64,000 nucleotides of DNA from Octopus sinensis (GCF_006345805.1 NC_043014.1:9052001-9116000); one strand, 5' to 3'. Shown: positions 12,230 to 24,383, counted from the first letter of the stretch. The notes: generated by a model from the letters alone, not told the origin. Made by a program: numbers and translations.

Positions 12230-12835
12230 TGCTCAGCCTCGAGTAGAAAAGAATATATACCAGTCGGGTGCTCGTGTAGTCTTTCCTCGCACCCTCGATG
12301 TTCCTTTTGGTCAAATGTAGGGCGGCCGATGGGGCGTCTGCTCTCGACTACATAGAAACCTAAAGCAATTATCAAAGTATGGTAAACGTTACTCCACTCT
12401 TGTTAAAGAGTGACCACTGCATCTTTAAGAATACGACAGATGCGTGATTCAGTAGTGGTCAGTAGGCTTTGTACATTTTTGCTACCAATAAAATGTTTAA
12501 TCTTATTTAATGTTAATAGTCGAAAAAGTTGAAATATTTGCACAATCGCTTACTGCTAAGCTAATCTTAAATCATTTAAAAATTTTATTCTATCTATATA
12601 ATTTTAAAATTTCTTTTTGGTGAATATCCAATAATTTTCTATCGTATAAATACATAATTTTCTCATAATTATAAATTTCCCATTTTATCTCCCAAACTAA
12701 CTGCTATCTAAAATAGCATTTTCTCTAGCACCAAATTATAGCTTTATTTTTGAATTTTAACCATATTTAACTTCTTTACTCAGTAAACAGTCCATATAAG
12801 CTCCGCCCCTAGAATCTTATTTAAACCTCGGGATA

Positions 12836-12993
12836 TACACACGTACATGCATACACATATGTATATACATACATATACACATGCACACATATGTACATAC
12901 ACACACACGTACACAGACACACGCACATATATGTATATATACATAAACACACATATACGCATACATACAAACAGAAACGCAGACACACATACA

Positions 12994-13032
<39 letters not shown>

Positions 13033-13045
13033 CCCAACACACATA
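12836..13045. repeat. (CA/TA) microsatellite
   Basis: Direct inspection. Confidence 0.9.
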
Positions 13046-13272
13046 TCCTCAGAAAATAAAGACAAAATTGCATAGCTTACGTCAAGTAATTTATATCCCT
13101 CTGAGCTGTATTAAATAAGCAGAACAAATATTTTAACATTTAGTTCGCATATTTTCCAATTGTTTTTCAGTCTGAGATATTGAAGAAGAAAAAGTAGTTT
13201 ACTTTTTAAATCTTTCAAAACCCCGTTATAATGTTTCGCTCTGTATAAGTCTTTTTTAACATATCACTATAT

Positions 13273-13876
13273 ATTTCTTTACTACCCACAAGGGGCTAAA
13301 CACAGAGAGGACAAACAAGGACAGACAAACGGATTAAGTCGATTACATCGACCCCAGTGCGTAACTGGTACTTAATTTATCGACCCCGAAAGGATGAAAG
13401 GCAAAGTCGACCTCGGCGGAAGTTGAACTCAGAACTTAACGACAGACGAAATACCTATTTCTTTACTACCCACAAGGGGCTAAACACAGAGAGGACAAAC
13501 AAGGACAGGCAAACGGATTAAGTCGATTACATCGACCACAGTGCGTAACTGGTACTTTTTTAATCGACCCCGAAAGGATGAAAGGCAAAATCGACCTCGG
13601 CGGAATTTGAACTCAGAACGTAACGGCAGACGAAATACCTATTTCTATTTCTTTACTACCAACAAGGGGCTAAACACAGAGAGGTCAAACAAGGACAGAC
13701 AAACGGATTAAGTCGATTACATCGACCGCAATGCGTAACTGGTACTTATTTAATCGACCCCGAAAGGATGATAGGCAAAGTCCACCTCGGCGGAATTTGA
13801 ACTCAGAACGTAGCGGCAAACGAAATACTGCTAAGCATTTCACCAGGCACGCTAACGTCTCTGCCAGCTCGCCGCC
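13273..13876 (-). mobile_element. SINE E trimer within one 19-bp TSD
   Basis: Three ~180-bp units, one head; TSD ttttaacatatcactatat at 13254-13272 and 13877-13895. Confidence 0.9.
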
Positions 13877-15289
13877 TTTTAACATATCACTATATTCACA
13901 GTGATTAATGATTAACTGTTAATGAGCGGCTTTTATAACTTTGTTATTTCGCCGATGCTCTGTAGCAGTTATAAATTGGAAATTTTGTAAATCCACTTTG
14001 ACATATATTACCATATGTCCAGTAATGGAAATTTCTTGTACTCTTACAATTGATTTACTGTTCGTTTATCGCCATTCTTTTGCGTACCGACAATATTGTT
14101 TCTCCTATGTTGTTTCCCAAGCTTCTGCATACTGCCACACAGCCTAGGTTCTTTGAGCTTCAAATAAAGCCCTAATTTACTTTAAAGCACTGTCTGTCTT
14201 TAAACTTGAGGGTTGAGTCTTCATTGAAACATAAAGACATAGCACGTTTTCGTCTTATGCAGCTTGTAACAGAGGAGTTGGAAACTTGTTTATGAACTTT
14301 TCAATACTATGTACATATTAGGTTGCTTTTGATATCTTATTCATTTTCTAAAACATACTTCATATAACATGGGTAAAATTTTAAGCCAAATTTAGCAAAA
14401 TAAAGCGAAATATTTCGGCCTTTCTTGCTTTAAACGTTGACACAAGACAACACCTTGCTGTCAGTTTTACGTGTTGAATATCTCCAAGAATTGCTGTTTG
14501 AATAAGAATGTTCTTACAATTCAATTTGTGGTTACATTCTGTAGGTTTTGATACTAGTGAAATTCTTTTTGCTAGGGTCGCATGTTCTTTCATGTGTGTT
14601 TAGGAAGGCAAAATGGGGGAAAAATATAGAGCTTTGAATCTGAGAGTTTATGGTAAATGTATGTTTGTACCTTCTTGTCAGTTTACATAATTAAAGCACC
14701 TAAAACGGTATGCCCTTCTTGTTGAATTCCATTGTGGATTTAACATTAGATTTATTACAAGCATCCAGCCACAAAATGAAACAGGCAGCCAGATATTAAT
14801 TTTTTTTAAAGTATGATGTAAAATGTATTTCGAAATATTTGTAAATATACATCATGAATTTCTTCTCATGGTAACAATCACTAAGTTGGCGTATGTGAGG
14901 ACTACTTTAGTTCCCCTGTCAGTCTCTGATATTTGTCGGTTCGTTGTGTCATCAAATATGAAGAAATGTTGACGTTACACGATTCTAGGACAAGCAACAA
15001 TAAAGGTTTTAAGTGTGTTCTGATAACCCAAATTGATATGTATTAAGCCAATACTTAGTCACATTGATTCCATATTCATGAGGGATAATAATGCGCAAGA
15101 TTAAAGTATCAAGGTAAACAATAATTTCATTGTAGTTTACTATCTTTAGGAAGAGTTAAGTACATGTAGATCATTTATAATATTTTGTATGTTTCTAATT
15201 GAATCTTAGTAAGATTTCCAAATATTACTTAACATGTGTATTTTGAATGCAGGATCTAATTCCAAATCCCCAGTGATAGTATTTCAATA

Positions 15290-15903
15290 GGAGGCGCAAT
15301 GGCCCAGTGGTTAGGGCAGCGGACTCGCGGTCATAGGATCGCGGTTTCGATTCCCAGACCGGGCGTTGTGAGTGTTTATTGAGCGAAAACACCTAAAGCT
15401 CCACGAGGCTCCGGCAGGGGATGGTGGTGATCCCTGCTGTACTCTTTCACCACAACTTTCTCTCACTCTTACTTCCTGTTTCTGTTGTACCTGTATTTCA
15501 AAGGGCCGGCCTTGTCACTCTCTGTGTCACGCTGAATATCCCCGAGAACTACGTTAAGGGTACACGTGTCTGTGTGAGGGCGCGTGGCTTAGTGGTTAGG
15601 GCACTCGGCTCATGATCGTAAGGTTGTGAGTTCGATTCCCGGCGACGCGTTGTGTCCTTGAGCAAGACACTTTATTTCACGTTGCTCCAGTCCATTCAGC
15701 TGGCAAAAATGAGTTGTACTTGTATTTCAAAGGGTCAGCCTTGTCACTCACTGTGTCACGCTGAATATCCCCGAGAACTACGTTAAGGGTGCACGTGTCT
15801 GTGGAATGCTCAGCCATTTGCACGTTAATTTCACGAGCAAGCTGTTCCGTTGATCGTATCAGCTGGGACCCTCGTCGTCGTAACCGACGGAGTGTTTCCT
15901 CCC
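15290..15903 (+). mobile_element. Chimeric SINE dimer: 3'-truncated B fused to a head 2-tail 1 SINE, one 13-bp TSD
   Basis: Junction near 15575; TSD tagtatttcaata at 15277-15289 and 15904-15916. Confidence 0.85.
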
Positions 15904-16299
15904 TAGTATTTCAATACAGTTTGTTTCTGAGCTTTTATAGGCATCAACTTTATTTTGTGCATTTAGGGTAGGCCACAGAAATTGTTAATTTAGCAGTTTT
16001 GAGTTGATTACATAATCAAATTCTTTGGTGGCCAAATATTTGCAGTTCATATTCAATAATCTCATTAGATTTTCACTATTTTTAGTTGTTTAGAGTCGTT
16101 TTGTTTTGTTGCTAGAAATTGTTATTTCTTAATATTTTAAGCATAACTTCTTTATAACAATCTGTATCCATGAAAACAGCTGCACTACCTTTACTGGCTT
16201 CCCTAATTTTCATTTTAATGTTTTTTCTATCGAGATCATTTAGATGTTTCTATTCTTGTCTAAAGAAATACGATTTCATGTTCCTATTTTCAGTCATTT

Positions 16300-17900
16300 C
16301 AATGAGAAAATTCATAATGTGTTCACAGTTAGAGCCAATTGCTTAATTCCTTCTTTTCTTTGCACAAAAATAACTTTTAATTATAGCTAGTGACTCATTA
16401 TGATTATCACCACCCTTTCTAAAATTAGGCTCAACTAGCATAGGATTTCAACAATTTTTTCGTCTAATGAAAGTTAGAATTGTAGGAAGTAGCTGAAAGC
16501 TTCAGATCTCCCCCAAAGGCCACTAAATATGTTCACTTGATTATCGGCTAATCTTCTGATTGATATTAATCTTTTATCTGATTTTGCGCATATCTGAGCT
16601 CGATCTAGAAAGCGATTCTTATTGCTCTGTGAACTTGGTCTTAAAACACAAATCTTATTGCATTTATTATCTTTGGTCTTAATTCTCATGTTTTAGGTTG
16701 ACGTATCGAATCTATGACACATTCTATTTCAAATAATCTTTTCTGCTCTAGGTACAAAGCCCGAAAGTTTTTGGGGAGGGAGCCAATCGATTAGATCGAC
16801 CCCAGAATGCAACGGGTGCTTAATTGATCGACTCCGAAAGGATGAAAGCCAAAGTCAACTTAGGTGGAATTTGAACTCTGAATGTAAAGACAGATGAAAT
16901 ACTGCTAAGCATTTCGCCCGGCGAGCTAACGTTTCTTATTTCTTTATTGCCCACAAGGGGCTAAATATAGAGGGGACAAACAGGGACAGAAAAACGGATT
17001 AAGTCGATTACGACGATCCCAGTGCGTAACTGGTACTTAATTTATCGACCCCGAAATGAGGAAAGGCAAAATCAACCTCGGCGGAATTTGAACTCGGAAC
17101 GTAACGGCAGACAAAATACATATTTCTTTACTACCCACAAGGGGCTAAACACAGAGGGGACAAACAAGGACAGACAAACGGATTAAGTCGATTAAATCGA
17201 CTCCAGTGTTTCACTGGTACTTAATTTATCGACCCCGAAATGAGGAAAGGCAAAGTCGACCTCGGCGGAATTTGAACTCAGAGCGTAACGGCAGACGAAA
17301 TATCGCTAAGCATTTCTCCCGGCGAGCTAACGATTCTTCCAGCTCGCCGCCTTATTCTATTTCAAATAATGTTACTTTGTTCAAAGCGGTTCCTAATGTA
17401 GTTTCTCATCGTTGTCATATTTCTTCCGAATTTCAGAATAATTTCATCTGGAAAATTTTGTGCATCTTCCAGAAGATTTAGCTCATTGGAAAAATAGCTT
17501 GTCTGCATTATAATTATCGAATATATCTCATATTACGAATTACCTGGATATATCACCAATAATGTTATCTGGAGTCATTGGGTGTTTCGTGTTATATCAC
17601 TCACCCAGGAAAGCTACAGATGTGCTGCAGTGTCCCACTCCTCAGGTACACAGAGAAAGCTGTCGTCTCTACTTTCACCAAAACAAGTAGGGTAGTTTTA
17701 AAGAACCGTTGTAAACGGTTTGTCTTTAAAGCTTTATGCATTGGAACTCCAGGAATAATTTTTGCCCTTCTCTCTTTGTTTCCAGCTTCTTATGTACTTT
17801 TTCCCAGCTGGATGTATCCCAATCACGCACTCGGGTCGGTCCTCCTGTACTGACTTTTATCCTGGATCAGTGATGCCTTGTTATTCGTCTGAATCTCGCC
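16300..17900 (-). pseudogene. Ancient LINE reverse-transcriptase remnant interrupted by the SINE E trimer
   Basis: Minus-strand fragments VPEEW...ITLLVIY, KFGRNMTT, FDT, FLDRAQI and GDLKLSAT occur in the order expected for RT motifs; many stops. Confidence 0.4.
16738..17353 (-). mobile_element. SINE E heterogeneous trimer within one 17-bp TSD
   Basis: TSD attctatttcaaataat at 16721-16737 and 17354-17370; the terminal unit carries the alternative tail. Confidence 0.85.
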
Positions 17901-17961
17901 CTAAAGAAGTAATGTGCGGCTACCATGAATAGCACTTTCAGAACCTGATTCGCTTCGATCA

Positions 17962-18005
<44 letters not shown>

Positions 18006-18042
18006 TGCACGCAGAGTATTTAAAGGAAAATCAAAGGATATG

Positions 18043-18081
<39 letters not shown>

Positions 18082-18085
<4 letters not shown>

Positions 18086-18240
18086 CGCAAGTGTGGTAAG
18101 TAGCTTGGTTAGGAACCACATGGTTCCGGGTTCAGTCCCACTGCGTGGCACCTTGGTCAAGTGTCTTCTACTATTGCCACGGGCCGACCAAAGCCTTGGG
18201 AGTGGATTTTGTAGACGGAAACTGTAAGAAGCCCGTCGTA

Positions 18241-18280
<40 letters not shown>

Positions 18281-18502
18281 TAAGTGTGTATATGTTTGTG
18301 TGTCTGTGTTTGTTCCTCCAACATCGCTTGACAACCGATGGTGGTGTGTTTACGTCCCCGTAACTTAGCAGTTCGGCAAAGGATACCGATAGAATAAGTA
18401 CTAGGCTTACAAAGAATAAGTCCTGGGGTCGATTTGTTCGACTAAAGGCGGTGCTCCAGCATGGCCACAGTGAAATGACTGAAACAAGTAAAAGAGTAAA
18501 AG
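18082..18502 (+). mobile_element. SINE family A
   Basis: Homology; small deletion in the A-box region; tail aagtaaaagagtaaaaga. Confidence 0.88.
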
Positions 18503-18633
18503 ATATATATATATGTATGTATGTGTGTGTGTGTGTGTGCACGCAAAGTATTTAAAGTTAAATCAAAGGATATTAAAGTGAAGTCCCTGAAGAAACTGCA
18601 CCCGCATTACAATAGGGATGCAATTGCAACGGT

Positions 18634-18739
18634 GCAGCTGTCAATCGATGCAGCTGTCAATCGATGCAGCTGTCAATCGATGCAGCTGTCAATCGATGCA
18701 GCTGTCAATCGATGCAGCTGTCAATCGATGCAGATGTCA
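18634..18739. repeat. 16-bp minisatellite (gcagctgtcaatcgat), about 6.5 copies
   Basis: Direct inspection. Confidence 0.95.
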
Positions 18740-18845
18740 TGTGTTGGTATTAATACATCGATTAGAAAGCAATTTTTTCTTGGTGATCTCTGCCAACTAT
18801 ATCCGGCATATTAGCCTTAATTTCCCTATCTGTGTACATTGGCAC

Positions 18846-18846
<1 letters not shown>

Positions 18847-18891
<45 letters not shown>

Positions 18892-19030
18892 TATTATCCT
18901 TATTATTATCCTTATATTATTATTATTATTATTATCATAATTATTATTATTATCATTATTATTATTATTATCATTCTTCTTCTTCTTCTTCTTCTTCTTC
19001 TTCTTCTTCTTCCTTCTTCTTCTTATTATT
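18847..19030. repeat. (ATT)n/(TCT)n microsatellite
   Basis: Direct inspection. Confidence 0.95.
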
Positions 19031-19487
19031 ATATGTGTGTGTTTAAAACACACAAATATTGGGAAAGATAGAGAAAGGAAGAGAGAGGAGTGATTATCTA
19101 TTATCTACACAGTGTGTATGTATACATTTATACGCACGAATACTTATCCGTGTGTGTATCTGTGAGTGTTTATGTGTGTACACGTGTGCTTGTATCTGTG
19201 CATCTGTGTTAAGATGTTTTTCATGAAATGTCTTTTCTCAAAAGATAACACAAAGCATAAACGCATCAGGAATAGGATTAAACAGATTTATTTAATCAAA
19301 ATACTTAATCCATTATCTTCTTTTGTTATTAGTTATTCCTGTTTAAAAAGAAATCTCTTGTTTCTCAAGATTATGAACTGCACCAAATCACAACTATGAC
19401 TTCTTCACGAAGCTTAATTATGCTTAATGAGTTCTAAATGTTGGAAAATGTAATTAGTTGGGGGAAATGCTGTTGGATTAAGACGGA

Positions 19488-19697
19488 TACTCTTTACTCT
19501 TTTACTTGCTTCAGCCATTTGACTGCGGCCATGCTGGAGCACCGCCTTTAGTCGAGCAAATCGACCCCGGGACTTATTCTTTGTAAGCCCAGTTCTTATT
19601 CTATCGGTCTCTTTTGCCGAACCGCTAAGTGACGTGGACGTAAACACACCAGCATCGTTTGTCAAGCAATGCTAGGGGGACAAACACAGACACACAA

Positions 19698-19738
<41 letters not shown>

Positions 19739-19910
19739 CATATATACGACAGGCTTCTTTCAGTTTCCGTCTACCAAATCCACTCACAAGGCATTGGTCG
19801 GCCCGAGGCTATAGCAGAAGACACTTGCCCAAGGTTCCACACAGTGGGACTGAACCCGGAACCATGTGGTTGGTTAGCAAGCTACTTACCACACAGCCAC
19901 TCCTGCGTCT
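19488..19910 (-). mobile_element. SINE family A, full length
   Basis: Reverse complement of the A pattern from head to tail. Confidence 0.9.
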
Positions 19911-20022
19911 GTTCAAAATTTTATAAGCAACGTTCTGTTTTGGAGAGGTATATCTTAGGCGAGATTGTGGCTGTGTCGTAAGACCTTGCTTCCCAACTAA
20001 TGGTTCCAGTATCACTCCCACA

Positions 20023-20343
20023 GTGGAGGCACATGGCCTAGTGGTTAGAGCAGCGGACTCGCGGTCGAGGGATCGCGGGTTCGAATCTCAGACCGGGCGA
20101 TGTGTGTGTTTATGAGCGAAACACCTAAGCTCCACGTGGCTCAGGCAGAATGAAATGGCGAACTTCTGCTGAATCTTTCACCACAACTTTCACTCACTCC
20201 TTCCTCCTGCATCTAGCAGCTCACCTGCGACGGACCGGCGTCCCATCCATGTGGGGAACCTATACGCCAGTGAAACCGGGAAACGGGCCCTTATGAGCCA
20301 GGCATGGCTCGAGGAGGAAGAAGGAAAAATAAAAATAAAAATA
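20023..20343 (+). mobile_element. SINE C (head 1, tail 2) nested in a decayed SINE A head, 13-bp TSD
   Basis: TSD tatcactcccaca at 20010-20022 and 20344-20356; A-like sequence on both sides (19962-20022, 20344-20410). Confidence 0.85.
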
Positions 20344-20596
20344 TATCACTCCCACACTGTGGCAACTTGGGCAAGTGTCATTTTATACGGCCCAGGGCTG
20401 ACCAAAGCACTGAAACATTCTATCTTCAAGTGAATTGTTTACATAGACGTATTCGCACATAAAACAGCGTCACTTTCAGTGATGGCTCTAAATTCTTAAG
20501 AAAATCTGTAGACATAACTTAAAAATGATATATATATACGATGCGGTGTAAGAAGTTCCTGGCCTTAAGTGTATCGCGAAAGGCATAGTTGGAGCC

Positions 20597-21720
20597 TCAT
20601 CGACGACAGTGAACAGGTGTGGGCGCCGTTCGTAAGGTGCGCCTTCCCGCAGCTCGTCTCACTGACCGAACTGCAAACATGAATAAAAAAGAGACCGAAA
20701 CTGGGCGATTGGGACCGAGAGTGTCGTCAAGCTGTACAGCAGCTCTGCCGTCCGGGATCAAACTTGTGCAACTTACAAACGACTCAAGCGTTCTATAGAG
20801 GATTAGTGGAGGGGAGGTCCGACGACACACTCGGGGTAAACCTGGGCGTCGACGAGAAATTCCTAACCCGCCTTTTTGAGGACGTCGTTCGGGCCGGGGC
20901 CTATGGATAACTTCCAGAGATCCCTGGCTTGGCAATGTTATCGAGACGCACTACCAGTTCGAGAGTAGATCTACAGACAGGGTTCGAAAACCATCACCGG
21001 ACCGACCTGCCCGAGATGCGGCCAGAGCGACGAAACCGTTCTGCACGCACTCGTGCAGTGTCCAGATATTTCAGAGCTGTGGACCTTCGTCGAACAGCTG
21101 TTGTCGCGTGTAGGACGGGCCCGGTTATCGGCCGAGTCTATCGTGAATATTGTTCCGCCACCTTCCTTTAAACGGGAAGGAAAAACAGTTTTCGTAACAC
21201 TGATAGCTATGGCGAAAGAATGCGTGTGGTGGACGCGTTTGAAAAGCTTACAAACAAACACTTTCCTTTCTGTTCAGTCTCTCGTTAACTTGTTCAAGTA
21301 CCACTTGAAAAGGAGGATGAGAATAGAGAGAAAAGTGTTGTCGAATGAAAGTCTGAATATAAAATGGGTAAATGTGGCAAAAATGGTCAGTATGAAAGAC
21401 GACACCATTTTAAGCATAAACCTATAACGAGAGGAAAGGTACATACTCTTAAGTACATTTTGAACTGCCTGAGGTGACCTTGGTCTTTTTTGTAGGTTTT
21501 TCTTTCCAAGCCTACACCTAAACTGTGAACAACATCGATTCTCCCTCTTTTTGGGGGAACTTTATATATTTCTTTCTTCTTTTGTACACCACATAACCCA
21601 AAGATCCCTATTGAACGAACTTTTTCTTTGTGTCCCACCCATCCCACCTCGAAAAGAAAAACTCTACATTGTATTTCGTCTATTTTCTGTGTTTAGCCCT
21701 GTGTGGCCATAATAAAAATA
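20597..21720 (+). mobile_element. Tx1/L1-clade LINE 3' fragment, copy 1 (ORF2 C-terminal zinc-binding region plus 3' UTR)
   Basis: DNFQRSLAWQCYRDALPV, CPRCGQSDETVLHALVQCP, then ORF 21053-21427. Confidence 0.8.
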
Positions 21721-21722
21721 TA

Positions 21723-22446
21723 TGCCTCCTTCCTTCAAACGGGAAGGAAGAGCTATTTTCATCATCCTTGTGGCTATGGCGAAAGAATGTATCTGGTGGA
21801 CGCGTCTGAAAGGATTGGAGACAAACACTTTCCTCTCTGGTCAATCTCTCATCAACTTCTTCAAGTACCACTTGAAAAGGAAAGTGAGAGTAGAGAGGCA
21901 AGTTTTGTCTAGCGAATGTTTTAAAAAAGATGGGTGAATGTAGCAAGGATGGCACGTATGAATGACGAAGCCACCACCTTGAGCATAATCCTATGAACCC
22001 AGAAATTGAAAACAGAGGGTTACCCACTTGCAAACAAATGGTGGTAACATATAACAATATTGACCAAGGTTACCGTGGTCTTTTTCGTAGGCTTTTCTGC
22101 CCACGGATAAACCTTACTTGTTGCTTTCCCCTTTACACCATATATCATAACACTGTGATACACGATCCCTATTGATCGTTCTTTTTTCCTCTTCCCTTTT
22201 TTTCCCCTTTTTTCTTCTTTTTCCATTTCTCTTTCCTTTTGTTTCCTTTTCCTTTCTTTTTTTTCTTTTTATTCTTTTTTTGTTTTTGTTTTTGTCTTTT
22301 CTTCCCTTTTACGATCCCTCTTGATCGAAAACCTACGCCACCCCCTTTTTTTTCTTTTGTTTTTGTTCTCTTCATCCCCCAAAAGAAAAGCTCTACCTTG
22401 TAACTTGTCCCATCTGTGTGCAGCCCTGTGTGGCCAATAAAGAAAC
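21723..22446 (+). mobile_element. Tx1/L1-clade LINE 3' fragment, copy 2, with (ATCT)n tail
   Basis: PPSFKREGRAIFIILVAMAKECIWWTRLKG; ends gccaataaagaaac followed by (tatc)n. Confidence 0.8.
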
Positions 22447-22517
<71 letters not shown>

Positions 22518-23726
22518 GACGACGGTGAACAGGTGTGGTCGCCGTTTGTGAGGCACGCTTTCCCGCAGCTCGTCTCCATGACCGAACTGCAGTCGTGGAT
22601 CAAAAAGAGGCCGAGGAAGGGCGAATGGCACCGCGAGTGTCGCGTTCCTCTCAAGCAACTCTGCCGTCCTGGGTCGACCTTAAGTGACTTCAACACAACC
22701 AAAGCATTCTATAGGGGGTTTAGTGGAGGGGAGGTACGACGACGAGCTCGGGGCGAACCTGGACGTCGACGAGGAGTACCTGACCCGCCTGTTTCGGACG
22801 ACTTTCGGGCCAGGGCCCATGGACAACTTCCAGAGATCCCTGGCCTGGCAGTGCTACCGAGAAGCGCTACCCGTTCGGGATAAGCTCTACAGACACGGCT
22901 CGAGAAACACAGGGGGGCCGACCTGCCCGAGATGCGGTCAGAGCGACGAAACCGTTCTGCACGCACTCGTTCAGTGTCCAACAATTTCCGACCTGTGGGC
23001 TTATGTCGAACAACTGCTGTCACGTGTGGGACGAGTCGGTTATCAGCTGAGTCTATCGTCATATTGTCACGCCTCCTTCCTTCAAACGTGAAGGAAGAGC
23101 TATTTTCATCATCTTGTGGCTATGGCGAAAGAATGTATCTGGTGGACGCGTCTGAAAGGATTGGAGACAAACACTTTCCTCTCTGGTCAATCTCTCATCA
23201 ACTTCTTCAAGTACCACTTGAAAAGGAAAGTGAGAGTAGAGAGGCAAGTTTTGTCTAGCGAATGTTTTAAAAAAGATGGGTGAATGTAGCAAGAATGGCA
23301 CGTATGAATGACGAAGCCACCTTGAGCATAGTCCTATGAACCCAGAAATCGAAAACAGAGAGTTGCTTATTTGCAAAAAAAAAAAAAAAGAAATATAAAA
23401 TGTGACCTCATTGACCGAGGTACCGTGGTCTTTTCCGTAGGCTTTTCTTTCCACGGGTAAACCTCACCTGTCCTCCCCTTTACACTTCATATTGACATTT
23501 CTGTGATAACGATCCCTATTGATCAATTTTTTTTCCTCTCCACCCCTTTTTTTTTTTTTTTTTTTTTTTTAACCCCACTTTTTGTCCTCTTTCTCCTTTT
23601 ACGATCCCTTTTGATCGAAAATCCCCCTTCCTTTTTTTTTTTTTTTTTTTTAAACCTTCAAAAGAAAAAGCTCTACCTTGTAATTTGTTCTATCTGTGTG
23701 CAGCCCTGTGTGGCTAATAAAGAAAC
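22518..23726 (+). mobile_element. Tx1/L1-clade LINE 3' fragment, copy 3, between (ATCT)n tracts
   Basis: ORF 22684-23091 with C-x2-C...H-x4-C knuckle; collinear with copy 1. Confidence 0.82.
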
Positions 23727-23727
23727 A

Positions 23728-23758
<31 letters not shown>

Positions 23759-23769
23759 ATTAACTACCC

Positions 23770-23828
<59 letters not shown>

Positions 23829-23897
23829 AATCTATCTCTATATCTCTCTCTCTCTCTATCTCTCTATCTATCTATCTATCTATATATCTATCTATCA

Positions 23898-23947
<50 letters not shown>

Positions 23948-24004
23948 ATCTATCTATCTATCTAACTATCCATCTATCTATCTATCTATCTGTCTGTCTA
24001 TCTG

Positions 24005-24055
<51 letters not shown>

Positions 24056-24125
24056 CTCTATCTATCTCTCTCTCTCTCTCTATCTATCTCTCTATCTCTC
24101 TCTCTATCTATCTGTCTATCAGTCT
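23727..24125. repeat. (ATCT)n microsatellite
   Basis: Direct inspection. Confidence 0.95.
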
Positions 24126-24383
24126 ATAAATAGACAGACATACAGACAGATCGATAAATATACGGGCGTTTGTGTATCTACAGGTGTATGGGGTGCTGTG
24201 TACCTACATAAAATACTAAAATTCTTAGTCATATACTTATAACTATTGACTACTTTCTCCCTTATGATTTCTAAACTTAATTTTTAATTTAAATTCTGTC
24301 AGAAGATTTCTCCCGTTATATCTACACCTCGATTCGCTTAAATTATATATTTTAAGTTTCCTAACTTCTAGAATATTCTAGTA

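Noticed and set aside
13273-13876. Regularly spaced repeats suggesting a CRISPR array
   Set aside because: Units are ~180-bp SINE bodies with no unique spacers; eukaryotic context and no cas genes.
14381-14593. 70-aa ORF in non-repetitive sequence
   Set aside because: No recognisable domain or splice context; length expected by chance.
15290-15365. tRNA-like sequences with A and B boxes
   Set aside because: SINE heads: no complete acceptor stem and they continue into SINE bodies; not called as tRNA genes.
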